A stretch of DNA of 62,807 nucleotides, counting the filler, from Sanchytrium tribonematis (Eukaryota), in the NCBI GenBank assembly GCA_018985235.1. It is 14 parts of 14 records of this genome, joined end to end, with 100 filler letters (N's around TTAATTAATTAA, not from the genome) between each part and the next. Parts side by side here need not be neighbours in the genome. Positions count along the whole stretch, not along the records: positions 1 to 18,534 come from JADGIG010000111.1; positions 18,635 to 20,695 come from JADGIG010001133.1; positions 20,796 to 22,852 come from JADGIG010001134.1; positions 22,953 to 25,008 come from JADGIG010001135.1; 10 more parts are not named here. One strand, written 5' to 3'. Shown here piece after piece: positions 11,179-23,021 of the stretch (its first letter is position 1; each line of letters opens with the position of its first letter). Made by a program: the position numbers and the translations under genes. The notes under the pieces were generated by a model. It saw only the letters and a list, made by a program, of their open reading frames with translations, made no database searches and was not told where the DNA came from.

Positions 11179-12723
11179 TTATTTCATGGACATGATTGTG
11201 ATTTCGCCTTCTTTACCGCCTCCAAGTGTCGTAGCTTCAACGTGATTTAATTTCATTTTCACAATTGGATTTTTCATTGTTTTTGTAGCAACAACTAAAA
11301 TAATGCAAATAATGACAAGTGCAATGAATAAAAAGACAATATTCATAATAGAGACTGGACTAGAGGTATTGGCATCTGAGGAGGGACTATCTGTGGATAG
11401 TGGAGTATCTAAAGAAGATTCTTGGAAAATAGGGATTGTTTCAATTTCACTCATTTGTGAGAAATCAAAGGATGATTCTAAAGATTCAAGGACTGCAGAT
11501 GACTCAACATCTGTCAGTACTTCAAAATACGCTACTGATGATGGAATGACATCAAATTCCACAGAATTTGAATTTTCAAAAGTTTGCAACTCAGAAGAAT
11601 CCAAGAGACTCACTGGTTCTAATTTGATGGTGCTGGTCAATTGAACATCGTTTTCTTGAGAATAGAATGTGAAAGTTGATCCAAAAGTGCTCGTTTTGCT
11701 GAAGGCCGCAGATAAAGAGCTAAATTTAGACATAAGAGCCGTTGTTGATTTTGGAGCAAGAAAATAAAGATAGTTTTTGGTGCACTTTGACAAACTTGAT
11801 AACGAAGCAGATCCAAGCATTGGATTGTTGGAAATATCACATGTTGCCAAAGATGAAGTATTTTGAATTGAAATGCCTGTTAACAAATTGTTAAATAAAA
11901 TCACATTTTGAGGATTTCCAGTGATTGTGATTTCTCCGCTCAATAGATTTCCTTGTGCCCTTAAGTCTCGTATATTCATGATCGGATTTTCAAATTTAGA
12001 AAATAAATTCGAATTAAGTTCCAAAGAGTACAGAGATGGAGGCAAAGCAGGAATGACGCCCTCTAGCATATTTTGCCCAATTGAAAGTAATTCTAATGAA
12101 CTTGGGAAAGGTGGAATCAATCCAGTTAGTAAATTGGCGTAATAAAAACCAGCAACCAATTTTGAGGGAAATTGACCAATTGTTCCAATAAGCATGTTTG
12201 ATTGAATGTACAGTCTATCTATTAGATACGGTAAGGCCGGTATTCCGCCAGAGAGTAGATTGTACCCAATGTCCAATGAAGTCAACGAAGGGGGGAAATT
12301 TGTCGGAATATTCCCCGTGAGGTGATTTGAACCCAAATACAGTCCGGTCATTACAAAAGGAATCAATGCGATAGAACCATTTAAAGCGTTGTGATACGCA
12401 GAAAATACGTTTAATCCAATTGAGATAGTTGGCATACTACCCACAATGAAATTATCTGACAAATGTACAAATTTCAAATCTATCAATCTGTTGATGGCGG
12501 TCTCATTTATGGATCCATTCAAATTTAAAGCTGGCCAAGTTATAGTGCCAACATGTTGCTTTGAATTATCACAAGTGACTCCAACAGCACTACAACAATC
12601 CGTTTGAAGTTGCAAATATGTTTGTGGTTGCACTTTGTCCATTCCCAATCCTTTTGCAAGATTAATCACATCCATACACTGAGTACTCACACTTTTAAAC
12701 AATGACAGCAAGAGCAGTAACAT
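11179..12723 (-). CDS. LRR receptor-like type I membrane protein
   Basis: Signal peptide, Cys N-cap, LRRs, S/T stalk, TM helix and a short cytoplasmic tail. Confidence 0.88.
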   Translation of the reverse strand: MLLLLLSLFKSVSTQCMDVINLAKGLGMDKVQPQTYLQLQTDCCSAVGVTCDNSKQHVGTITWPALNLNGSINETAINRLIDLKFVHLSDNFIVGSMPTISIGLNVFSAYHNALNGSIALIPFVMTGLYLGSNHLTGNIPTNFPPSLTSLDIGYNLLSGGIPALPYLIDRLYIQSNMLIGTIGQFPSKLVAGFYYANLLTGLIPPFPSSLELLSIGQNMLEGVIPALPPSLYSLELNSNLFSKFENPIMNIRDLRAQGNLLSGEITITGNPQNVILFNNLLTGISIQNTSSLATCDISNNPMLGSASLSSLSKCTKNYLYFLAPKSTTALMSKFSSLSAAFSKTSTFGSTFTFYSQENDVQLTSTIKLEPVSLLDSSELQTFENSNSVEFDVIPSSVAYFEVLTDVESSAVLESLESSFDFSQMSEIETIPIFQESSLDTPLSTDSPSSDANTSSPVSIMNIVFLFIALVIICIILVVATKTMKNPIVKMKLNHVEATTLGGGKEGEITIMSMK

Positions 12724-12794
12724 AAAAAAGTGGCTTCAAAATTACCCAACTCAATATTTCTAATAAAATTGAAAGAGACGTGACTCAAATTTGT

Positions 12795-14348
12795 TTATTT
12801 CATGGACATGATTGTGATTTCACCTTCTTTACCGCCTCCAAGTGTCGTTGCTTGCACGTGATTCAATTTCATCTTCACAATTGGATTTTTCATTGTTTTC
12901 GCAGCAACAACTAAAATGATGCAAATAATGACAAGTGCGATGAATAAAAAGACAATATTCATAATAGAGACTGGACTAGAGGTATTGGCATCTGGTGTGG
13001 GTGCTTTTGTAGTCAATGGAGCATCTGAAGAAGATTCTTGGAAAATTGGAATTGTTTCAATTTCACTCATTTGTGAGAAATCAAAGGATGATTCTGACGA
13101 TTCAAGGATTGTGTTCAGTTCTGAATATACAGTAGAAAGTGAATCTGATTCAAATATAGTTGTGAATTCAATAATATCAGAAATTGTCATTTCTGCATTT
13201 TCATAACTTTCAAACTGCTGCATTTTCATCGAGCTTTGAAGCAATTCTGAATCACTTGAAACAGATGTGACCATGATCAATGCGCTGTGAACTGATTCCG
13301 TCGATTGGAGAGCTACAGAATCAAATTTTGTTGAGGTTTTCGACGAACTCTGATTTAATATCGATGGTTCTGTGGTCGTTAAAGGCAAAGTGTACAAATT
13401 GTTTTGCACACACATTTTCAAAACCTTTAGTGATGGGTATCCAAGCATCGGATTGTTGGAAATATCGCATTGGGTCAACATTGATGTATCCTCAATTACA
13501 AACCCTGTCAATAAATTGTCATTTATGATAACAGTGTTGGGTTTACCACTTATATGAATGACTCCACTTATCTTGTTATTGTCAGCCACTAGTGTTGTTA
13601 AGGAAAAGGTGGTGTTTTCAAAACCGGTAAATAGATTTTGATTAATTAGAAATGAGTTGAGTGTTGGAGGCAATGTAGGAATCACACCCTCTAATTGATT
13701 AGCGGATAGACACAATATACTCACGCTATTTGGTATTGCTGGAATGGATCCAGAGAACAAATTGCTGTAATAAAATCCATCAATCAATTTCTGAGGAAAT
13801 AATTCAATTATACCAGAAAGGAAGTTGTTTTGTACACCTAGATATTGCATAAGATTCGGCATTGGTGGAACTGGACCTATAAATTTATTACTTCCTATAA
13901 AAAAGTAAAATAATGAATTTGGCAAATTTGTCGGAATGTACCCCGAGAGGCTATTTGTGTCCACATTGAGCGTGGTCATTGTTGATGGGAGAGACGGAAG
14001 CGTGCCATTTAGCTTGTTTTTTTCTGCAATCAGACTTAAAAGATTACTTGGCAGCTGTGGAATATTTCCTTCAATAAAATTGGTTGACAAAACAATACTT
14101 GTTAAATCTGTCAATTGATTGATAGCTGTCCCATTCAAATTACCATTCAATCTTAGACTATTCCAATCAATTGCTAGTATCTTCGAACCAGAACATGACA
14201 CAAGAGCGAAATTGAAACAACAATTCGATTGAAGTTGCAAATATGTTTGTGGTTGCACTTTATCCATTCCCAATCCCTTTGCGAGATTAATCACATCCAT
14301 ACACTGAGTATTCACACTTTTAAACAATGACAGCAAGAGCAGCAACAT
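12795..14348 (-). CDS. LRR receptor-like type I membrane protein, tandem paralogue
   Basis: Same architecture as 11179..12723, with nearly identical termini. Confidence 0.88.
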   Translation of the reverse strand: MLLLLLSLFKSVNTQCMDVINLAKGLGMDKVQPQTYLQLQSNCCFNFALVSCSGSKILAIDWNSLRLNGNLNGTAINQLTDLTSIVLSTNFIEGNIPQLPSNLLSLIAEKNKLNGTLPSLPSTMTTLNVDTNSLSGYIPTNLPNSLFYFFIGSNKFIGPVPPMPNLMQYLGVQNNFLSGIIELFPQKLIDGFYYSNLFSGSIPAIPNSVSILCLSANQLEGVIPTLPPTLNSFLINQNLFTGFENTTFSLTTLVADNNKISGVIHISGKPNTVIINDNLLTGFVIEDTSMLTQCDISNNPMLGYPSLKVLKMCVQNNLYTLPLTTTEPSILNQSSSKTSTKFDSVALQSTESVHSALIMVTSVSSDSELLQSSMKMQQFESYENAEMTISDIIEFTTIFESDSLSTVYSELNTILESSESSFDFSQMSEIETIPIFQESSSDAPLTTKAPTPDANTSSPVSIMNIVFLFIALVIICIILVVAAKTMKNPIVKMKLNHVQATTLGGGKEGEITIMSMK

Positions 14349-14439
14349 AAAAAAGTGGCTTCAAAATTACCCAACTCAATATTCTATCAAAATTGCAAGA
14401 GACGCGTCAAATATCCAGAATATCTAATTTCTACATCAT

Positions 14440-17400
14440 TTATTGAATATGCATCAAGACAATCATCAATAATCCAACCATCATTTGACTTGCAGAAGAT
14501 GGAGATCCAGTTTCTAAATAAATTATAAATTACGTGCAGCTGGTTCAATGCTTGAAGTACTTGCAGTCTGTCCATTACCATTATTTGCAACAGTAGAAGA
14601 AGCAGGTGTATCTACCAATTGGTTGCTACCAGAAGTCAATTTAATAATTGGGAAATAAGTGCCAGTTTGCGTAAAATCTCCACAAATTTGAAGTCCATTA
14701 AATGTCATTTTAATGTTTAATGGTGCACTCAATTGATTGTTGTTCAATTTTACAGCATCGTACACTGTATATTTACCATCTTGTGGAATGGTTGGAGAAA
14801 CATCCAAACATCCAGTAAATGCTGAAACGGGTTTATCAAATGAAAAACTCTTTCCATCTCCAATCAATTGACCTACTGTTTGTCCATTGCTTTTAATAAC
14901 TGCATAACTGCTGCTTGTTAATCGCTTGCTCAATCTGAATTTATTTGAAGGAGATTGTTGTGAAAATGAACCAGAACTGACTAATCCGATATCTACACCG
15001 ACAGAAGAGTCTTGTGAGCTTGGTAATTGCACATCACATCCATTGGTTTGACCAGGATCTGCTCTACAACTCTTTTGAGGAATTACAGTCGCATCAAAGC
15101 AATTTGCAGTAGATCCAGAGTTGGCACAGCTACAAGCAACTTGTTTAATAGCACCTAATGGGACTAAAAAGGATTGTTTGTACGTATTGATCAATTCTTT
15201 ACCAATAATAGCCCCAACAGAGTTTTGGATTGTTTGCTGTAATCTGTCTCTTGAAACTACTTTTAACCATTGATTATCAGATTTTAATTGAGTTGGTTCA
15301 TATTTACCGGGTTTCATTTGTCCTTTCTTCCAAACTCCGCCATACCAACTGTAAAATGATTTCATTTCTCCGTGACACTTTTGACATTCTTCAACTCCTT
15401 TTTTAGAGAAGCCATATCTATTTCTTTCATAACAGCCACTACCATGTGCAGCACATTCTTGTGCATTCTTTGCACGCTGTTTCCATTTACCAGTACATTG
15501 AGATTTAGTAGATTGTTGGTCAATGCAGCCCAATTGACTCCATCCTTGATTTTGAGGACAATATTGGTTGGTACCATTATTCATGTATTGAAATGGCATT
15601 AAACAAACACCATTGGTCTCTTCTGTGCAAGAATTGCCATTCCATTGACATTGAGGCGTAAATTCATAATCAGAACATTCTCCAGTGGATTCACAACTAT
15701 CTTGGTTCTCACAGTTGGTCCATTGATTCCAATAACATTTCAAAGTCGTGTAAATTCCATTTGCATTACATTTATCTTCAGACAATGTATCACACGTAAT
15801 CATCTTTCCTTGCTGTCTAGCGCAAACATCTTCAGAGACACTCAATACGCATTGATTTGAGTTGTATAAATTACCATTTTGTGAGTCACATACTGTAGAA
15901 TTAGCACTAATCAAACATGCAGATTGTTGATTATAATTTGCAGAAGATTGACATTTCTTACAGCCTCTATTACAATATCCGGATGCTTCACATTCTGTTT
16001 TATTGGTGGTTTGTACATTCCAGTTATCACAATATCCATTTTTGCAATCTGCTTCATTATCCAAATAACCAGGGGTAAATTGTTTTTGAACATAATAATT
16101 GAAGCCATCTCGCTGTGCTCTCTTGATAATATTGCTTGTATATTTACTATAATCCATAATATCACCGTAGTATACCATACATAATCCTTTTTCACCAGCA
16201 AATGTATTAAAGTAAAAATATGGCAAACTTGCATCATTTTGTTGGTATCGCGTCTGCATTCTTGTGTCACAAGCAGTTTGATTGTCACTGGTGTATGCAA
16301 ATGTACCATAATATCCCTTGCCACCTAGATTACCAAGACATTGTAATTCTGTTTTAGCATCTGGAAAATCACAAGATGTCCATGTGGAATACGTGTAATT
16401 GTAAACAGTAACAGATCCACCGGATAGTGTACATCCTTCTACATCATCACCAACATAGATTTGACAGCTAGATGGTCTGCTAATTGGATAACACCATCCA
16501 TTATCGCCTCCTTCACATCTGCTGCAAATATTTGGTTGTTTCTTGGCAATGGTATTACATTGTTGTTGAGTCGTATCTTGCCATGGCTGTGCATTACATT
16601 GTTTGTGCGCAAGACATTTCTCTTGATTGGCAGGTTGACATGTCTCCTTGTAATATCCTGATGAATCGGGTTGCCAGGAACATTGTTTATTACCACCAGA
16701 TTGCCATGCCGTGTTACCTACACAGTCATATTCACTTAATTGATCATTAATTGATGTTTTAATCAATTGTAAATCTTTGTCAGTGACATTATTGCTAAAT
16801 GGCAAACTTAAATCGGATTTGATCTGATAAAACAAGTTAGATGGCATATTATCCAAATAACAACTCAATAACAATCCAGTATCTTGACCCCAAGGGACCA
16901 TACACATCTTTTGATCTGTGCAATATCCAGATAAACAATCTGCATTTGTTTTACATTGCGTATTGTAAACTTTGTCTTGACAGGTATTGAAGAAATCAGT
17001 GTATTTTGTATATTCTGATTGAATATTGTTGGATTGAGACTGAGATTGTAATTTTCTCATGGATTCCAAGACGGAGTAAATTAAACCTTGTACCTTGTCT
17101 TTGTCGGAACAAGAAGCCATATTTTGGTCGTTGAATTGTTTAACAGCCATATAACTTACAAATTGGCTTCTTGGAGCACAACATAATGGCAATTGCTGGT
17201 TACAACATGGATCTTTTTGGAATTCAGGGTCGTCATAAGACAATTGACAATAAGCACCTACAGTAATCTGCATTTTATCTTGTTCAGGGATAAAGAGAGA
17301 TTGTGCTTTCTTCATACATGCATTGTAAGCAATGTTAGATTGCAAACCATTGAAAATAGAAGGGATTTGATTAAAATCTTGCATATTCAAATCTTTCTTG

Positions 17401-18410
17401 CTAAATGTATCAATAATATTAGTTGCCATGTTGTAGAATACCAATAAGTCATCATAAGTACATTGAGGTTCTTTGCCAGCAGTCAATTGCACGGGTGCTA
17501 CAATTGGAACTCCCAGTGAATTTGTCAAAAAATGCTGCAAATTAACCCATCTCTTTGACACTCTTGGGCTAGAAGACTGTTGCTGTGGAGGTGGTGCTGT
17601 AAATTGACTGTTCGGTGAATTGAAAATCACTTGGCAAGACGCAAAATCTGGTTCTGGCATTTTTGGTGGCGCATTTGCTCCCATTTTTTGAATCATTTCT
17701 GGAGGATAATTAACTTGTAAAGGCATCAAAATAGCAACACGGTTCTTAATTGTAGGCTCTTGTAGTGGCACACCATTCATAGCCATTAAGAATGTACTAA
17801 ATGGACTGGTGACGGATGCAGTTACATAAACTGTGCTAAAGTCAGGACCATTAGCTTGTGGAGAGTCATAAGTATTTGGGTACCATGTCTTATCACCACA
17901 CTGCAATTTCAACAAGTTCTTGCTGTATAAAACACTTTTTGGAGTGCTACTTGTTTGGCCGTATGCTGAATAAATTTCTTGCTCAGACATCAAATCGATG
18001 GATACTCTGTTCAAGAAATCATCAATAAACAATTCCTGGTCGAAATCAATAATGATTTCTGCTACATCGATGGTCATTCCACCACTATCACCTCCTCCAA
18101 TGCTCAAACCTCTAGAAACTCGAACTTCTACATGTTGAGAGACTGGGGCGTTTGTTGTTGGTCTATTGGAGATAACAGGAGCTGTCTGGTTATACCAATC
18201 ATCTTTATACATGTCTTGAGGACTAGGTTGGAAATAATTTGGACCATTTGAGCTTCCAGTATTTCCAGAATTACCAGAATTACCAGAGTTGGACTCCATC
18301 TTACCAGTTGGCATTGGCATGTCTTGAGTTTGGGTTGGAGTGGCTCCAAGCACCAGGCTACTCAAAAGCATTTGGGATGAACTGGGAGATGCTTGTTTTC
18401 TTTTATACAT
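14440..18410 (-). CDS. Large (~1300 aa) Cys-rich extracellular protein with GPI-like tail (intron 14514..14533)
   Basis: Signal-like MLLSSLVLGA (the true start may be the second Met) and dozens of Cys. Splicing gives AAQTGSPSSASQMMVGLLMIVLMHIQ*. Confidence 0.8.
14514..14533 (-). other. 20-nt GT-AG intron
   Basis: GTAATTTATAATTTATTTAG contains the ORF's stop codon; removal adds a GPI-like signal. Confidence 0.75.
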
Positions 18411-18534
18411 TTTCTAACCAATCAAATCAATTGCTGAGCCACAGATGAACCAGATGACTAGGACGATTTATGACCTAAAGCATCGCGATTTTGAAGTCAA
18501 ATAACGATTGCCATGATATTTTATTGATTAAATG

Positions 18535-18634
18535 NNNNNNNNNNNNNNNNNNNNNNNNNNNNNNNNNNNNNNNNNNNNTTAATTAATTAANNNNNNNNNN
18601 NNNNNNNNNNNNNNNNNNNNNNNNNNNNNNNNNN
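18535..18634. other. Artificial contig linker (N-run, TTAATTAATTAA, N-run)
   Basis: 100-nt six-frame-stop spacer. Identical copies start at 20696, 22853, 25009, 27159, 29309, 47891, 50039, 52183, 54316, 56446, 58570 and 60691. Confidence 0.98.
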
Positions 18635-19207
18635 AATAATGAGTCCAGTGAAATCATTAGAATCCTAAACACAGAGTTTAATCAATTTGCAAAACATCCT
18701 GAAATTGACTTGTATCCAAGTGAATTACAATCCAAAATTGATGAAGTCAATGATTGGATCTACAATGACATCAACAATGGTGTCTACAAAACAGGATTTG
18801 CCACAAAACAAGACGTCTATGAAACAAATTGCGGCAAATTGTTTCAATCCCTCGATAAAGTAGACTCAATTCTCTCAAAACAACCATTTCTCACTGGTAC
18901 TCACTTTACAGAAGCTGATTTACGATTATTTGTCACTACAATTCGATTTGATCCTGTTTATTTTGGTCATTTCAAGTGCAATTTAAAATCCATCAAATTT
19001 GATTATCCAAACATCTTAAATTGGCAACGACGCATCTACCAATTTGAAAATGTCAAGGATACTGTCAATATGGAGCATATCAAAGGTCATTACTACATGT
19101 CCCATACTCAAATTAATCCAAATAAGATTGTTGGATTGAGTAATGGGCCAGATATGTCAGTACCAGTAGAGCCATTAACCAGAAATGAATTCGTGACTAA
19201 AAAATAA
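18635..19207 (+). CDS. Glutathionyl-hydroquinone reductase (ECM4/YqjG-like GST), 5'-truncated
   Basis: Motifs NNESSEIIR, INNGVYKTGFA, TIRFDPVYFGHFKCN and HIKGHYYMSH. Confidence 0.93.
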   Translation, partial: NNESSEIIRILNTEFNQFAKHPEIDLYPSELQSKIDEVNDWIYNDINNGVYKTGFATKQDVYETNCGKLFQSLDKVDSILSKQPFLTGTHFTEADLRLFVTTIRFDPVYFGHFKCNLKSIKFDYPNILNWQRRIYQFENVKDTVNMEHIKGHYYMSHTQINPNKIVGLSNGPDMSVPVEPLTRNEFVTKK

Positions 19208-19222
19208 ATATATTGGGATCAT

Positions 19223-19966
19223 TTATTCTGTAATTATAAATTTTCGGTGTTGTAAATCTTTTGGAAACCATTTAATTACGTCTTCATTTTTGAAGTACTC
19301 AATAAATACATCTCTTATTGGATCTGATAATAAATTTAAAAGATTCGGAAGAATCAATTCTTCAATGCCCAAAAATTCCTTCACCGTTTGGTGAATAATT
19401 GCAGGAAATTTTCTTAAAACAGACTTTAGAATATGGATCATTTCATACTTGCTTATTAGGGCATTGATATATGCAATTTGTTTCTCTCGAGTATTTGGTC
19501 GGTCTACAAAAAAAGCTACTGCAAAATCACCTAATAGTTCAGGAATCTTGTCAGGAATTAATGAGGAAACGTGATTAAATAAATTACTCATGACAATGCG
19601 ATAGACACTATTTTGACTGAATTGGCTGCTTACTAGTTGGGTAGCAATAATCACAACTTTACAATGACTATGAAATAACTGTAAAGAGAATTTCTGAATG
19701 ATTTCATTTCTAAATTGCGCTAAATAATAGAATGAATTGACCACCCACCCAGGATCTAAAATTATGATTGTTTTGGTTATGAATTCTTTGGAACGTAAAT
19801 TAGGTTTTATGAGTAGATCATGATATTTGTCACGCAGAAATGGAATTTCCATCTCACTGTGAAATTCTGGTAATTGAAGATGCAGCGATTCTCTTTGATC
19901 CTCTTCCCTATCTTCTTTCATTGGGCTCATGGTTTTACCAAATGCTACCCATAATATTAATAACAT
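19223..19966 (-). CDS. Hypothetical, possibly secreted protein
   Basis: Probable start MLLILWVAFG, preceded by CCCCA. Confidence 0.55.
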   Translation of the reverse strand: MLLILWVAFGKTMSPMKEDREEDQRESLHLQLPEFHSEMEIPFLRDKYHDLLIKPNLRSKEFITKTIIILDPGWVVNSFYYLAQFRNEIIQKFSLQLFHSHCKVVIIATQLVSSQFSQNSVYRIVMSNLFNHVSSLIPDKIPELLGDFAVAFFVDRPNTREKQIAYINALISKYEMIHILKSVLRKFPAIIHQTVKEFLGIEELILPNLLNLLSDPIRDVFIEYFKNEDVIKWFPKDLQHRKFIITE

Positions 19967-20173
19967 TGGGGCAAACTTTGAAATTTTTGTTGTTTTGAAA
20001 TGACGAATATGGGTCACATGTGTGGTCATCTGGCAGAGATTGCAAAGATAATTGCGACATAAAATATTGACAATTTTCGTCAAGGTTTTAATCGACACTC
20101 TCATTTACTGATTGAATGTTTACTAGAGTCAATACAAACAATATCTGAGGGAAACTCCCTTGAAACTCCAATC

Positions 20174-20695
20174 ATGTCAAATTTGCAATTTCTCACCATT
20201 TCATCTACTGTATCCATTTTATTACTAAATCACTTGCAATTTTCATTCATATATATATTTGTGATTCAGTCATGTAAATGGATCTACTATATTCAATTAA
20301 ATCACCCTGAATATCTCCATTTTAAATATTATGAAAAATGGCAAAATTATCAAGACTCTATTTCTGATTCATATAAAATGATTCCATCTAAGAGACATCA
20401 TTATATGGATGCATTTAGAGGTATAGCATCTATTATCGTATTTATGGCTCACTTTACTGATAAAATGCATGTATCTCAAGATTATTTGAATTCAATGACT
20501 TCATCCCATTTCACAAATATGCGTCAATATGCAAATCAAATGGTCACATTATTTATAGTAATGAGTGGTTATATATTGACACTCGTGTATTCTAATTATA
20601 GCTTTAAAAATCTAATGATAAAGCGCATTTTAAGATTTTATCCAATTCATATTTTGACTTCAATTTCATATTTCATACTTATTTATTACATTTCT
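20174..20695 (+). CDS. Acyltransferase-3 (OafA-like) membrane protein, 3'-truncated
   Basis: Motifs MDAFRGIASIIVFMAH, VTLFIVMSGY and KRILRFYP. Confidence 0.85.
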
Positions 20696-20903
20696 NNNNN
20701 NNNNNNNNNNNNNNNNNNNNNNNNNNNNNNNNNNNNNNNTTAATTAATTAANNNNNNNNNNNNNNNNNNNNNNNNNNNNNNNNNNNNNNNNNNNNTATGG
20801 CCAGAGATATAATGTTGGAGACTGATATCTATGAAATGATCGATGAAGAATAAAATAATTTAATTTTTTATTATTTTCTACAAAATTCAGTATTTACCAA
20901 ACA

Positions 20904-21308
20904 ATGGAGACACATTCTGAAATCCACAAACTTATTGTCGAGGGTCGCATCCGAGAAGCTGGATACCATTTAAATCAATTAGATGATTCAGCGCAAGACG
21001 AATATTTTAACTTGATGAAAATTTGGAAATCATTAATGACGCATGATTATGAAAAATTACATATTTATTTAAAAAACGAGAATACTGAATTTCAAAATGG
21101 CCTAATTCTATTCATTAGCAACATGTTGTGCGATTTGTGTATATCTTTAACTTCTGAGCAGGTTAATTATTACATTGGAGAATACACACAATTTATTGAT
21201 CATTGGGAGAAAGACGGAAATTTCTACATTTTGCACAAAAGCAAAAAGAACGTTATTACTGCGAGCGAGTTGATGGAGATATCTGATGCACTTAGGTTTG
21301 TTAAATAA
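20904..21308 (+). CDS. Hypothetical protein, possibly a divergent CSN8/PCI-like subunit
   Basis: 134-aa ORF with only weak resemblance (IWKSLMTHDY, HWEKDGNF). Confidence 0.4.
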   Translation: METHSEIHKLIVEGRIREAGYHLNQLDDSAQDEYFNLMKIWKSLMTHDYEKLHIYLKNENTEFQNGLILFISNMLCDLCISLTSEQVNYYIGEYTQFIDHWEKDGNFYILHKSKKNVITASELMEISDALRFVK

Positions 21309-21340
21309 ATATATCAAATACACATTTACTTGCTTAATAA

Positions 21341-22852
21341 CTAGCCACCAAGATTTTCTTCCATAGAAGGGGACTGAGTGACAGGTTGATCAGCAGATTG
21401 ACTATAATTAGAAGGAGTTTTAGAATAAGGCTGAGCCATCGTAGCCAAGGTTTCATCCTCTGACATCATTGGACTATTGGCAGCAATATCTAGATCAGAA
21501 TGATTATTGTAAAGTGAATCGTCGTCACTATCGATTACATTCACCCTCTTCTTAGAAGATGTAATATTTTCATTGGGTAGTTCCATATCCATGTCCATAG
21601 TACTCGGACTCGGAAAAGAAACAATTTTAGAATAGTGCTGCTTAATATTTTCGACTTTAGCACTTTTTCTGCGGTAAAAAAGTAAATAAGCACTTCTAGA
21701 TTTAATTCGCTCTTCTGCAGTCTTGTCATCTCCAATTACAGTTACACTAGAATCGTCGCAGTTGTACCAAAGATTGTCATGCTTTGTGAAAGCAGTATAA
21801 TGGCCACCACCAAGTCCACCAAAATGATTCTATATTAGATCAAAATACATCAACAGCGTATAATTCGTATTTATAATAGTCCGGACTATCAGGATCAGAG
21901 CCATCTACAGGGGTTTCAACAGGATTACCGACAACCAACGATCGAATATCCAATTCCATAGGAAAATCGATAAAATCCTCGACTTTCCTCGCCCGAGAAT
22001 AAATAGAAGCAGTACTGCTACTCTGAAAACGTTTTAATTGAATGACCAAAATAGGTGGAATGTGATTAAATAAAGAATACTTTAAAGCCGGCTCGAAGTC
22101 CTTACATTTTGGGCATCGATATAAATTCCCGTCTTCTTTCAATTCTTCTGGCTCAAAAAAGTGCATTAAGCAATCTTCTAAAGTTGTAACACCAGGTTTC
22201 AATTTCCTTTTTCTAGCATCAGACGAATCTTGGAACTGCTTAAAATTTGAGTCTATATTTTCTAAAAAGCTCAAGGTTTCCTTATTTAATTTGTCAGATA
22301 TATCAAAATGTTCGCTTAGCGTCACGCAAAATGCATTTTCCTTGTCTTTCTCTAATTCACCTAAATCAAAAGATTCTATTGTAGTAAAGCGAGATATGCA
22401 TTCTAAAATCTTCTCCTTCATGTCATCAGTTCCATCTATGATTAAGGGATATGGTACATTCGAATTTTTGTGAGAAAAGCGTATATTGACAGGGTTTTCG
22501 TATTTCCTGTATGCGATAAAATCTTTTTCAATTACTTCAGAGTCACTTTTTTCATTATATAAGCGATGATTCCAATGGTCCCATACTACAAAATCTACAC
22601 CAAATTTTTCCTTCAATTTTGATTTCAAAAGTCCGACCGTATCTGTCGCTGGAATTTTAATTTCATAGAGTTTGTCGTGAAAAACTAAGATTTCCATACT
22701 GGTAGGTATTGGAACAGACACAAACTGAAAAGGGTCGTATGTAATTGAAATATGATTGCAATTTTGGCACTGGACTGTTCCTTTGAATTGCCCTCCAAAT
22801 AAATCAAGAATTGCTGAATCGAATCTTTGTTTAGACTTTTTCCATACAAGAA
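21341..22852 (-). CDS. Ubiquitin-specific protease (USP4/11/15, Ubp12-like), 5'-truncated; intron 21830..21848
   Basis: [18 protein letters not shown] and LVIQLKRF. Splicing restores the His box [20 protein letters not shown], then AYLLFYRR. Confidence 0.93.
21830..21848 (-). other. 19-nt GT-AG intron
   Basis: GTATTTTGATCTAATATAG; removal restores the conserved USP His-box motif. Confidence 0.92.
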
Positions 22853-22952
22853 NNNNNNNNNNNNNNNNNNNNNNNNNNNNNNNNNNNNNNNNNNNNTTAA
22901 TTAATTAANNNNNNNNNNNNNNNNNNNNNNNNNNNNNNNNNNNNNNNNNNNN

Positions 22953-22987
22953 CAAAGCGAACGCTCTACCAATTGAGCTAATTCCCC
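22953..22987 (-). tRNA. tRNA-Ala (probably TGC), 5' half, cut by the contig end
   Basis: GGGGAAT-TA-GCTC-AATTGGTA-GAGC-G-TTCGC-TTTG gives the acceptor strand, D-arm and the start of the anticodon arm. Confidence 0.85.
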
Positions 22988-23021
22988 AATGTTTTCTCCT
23001 ATGAAATAGACACTATATTTA

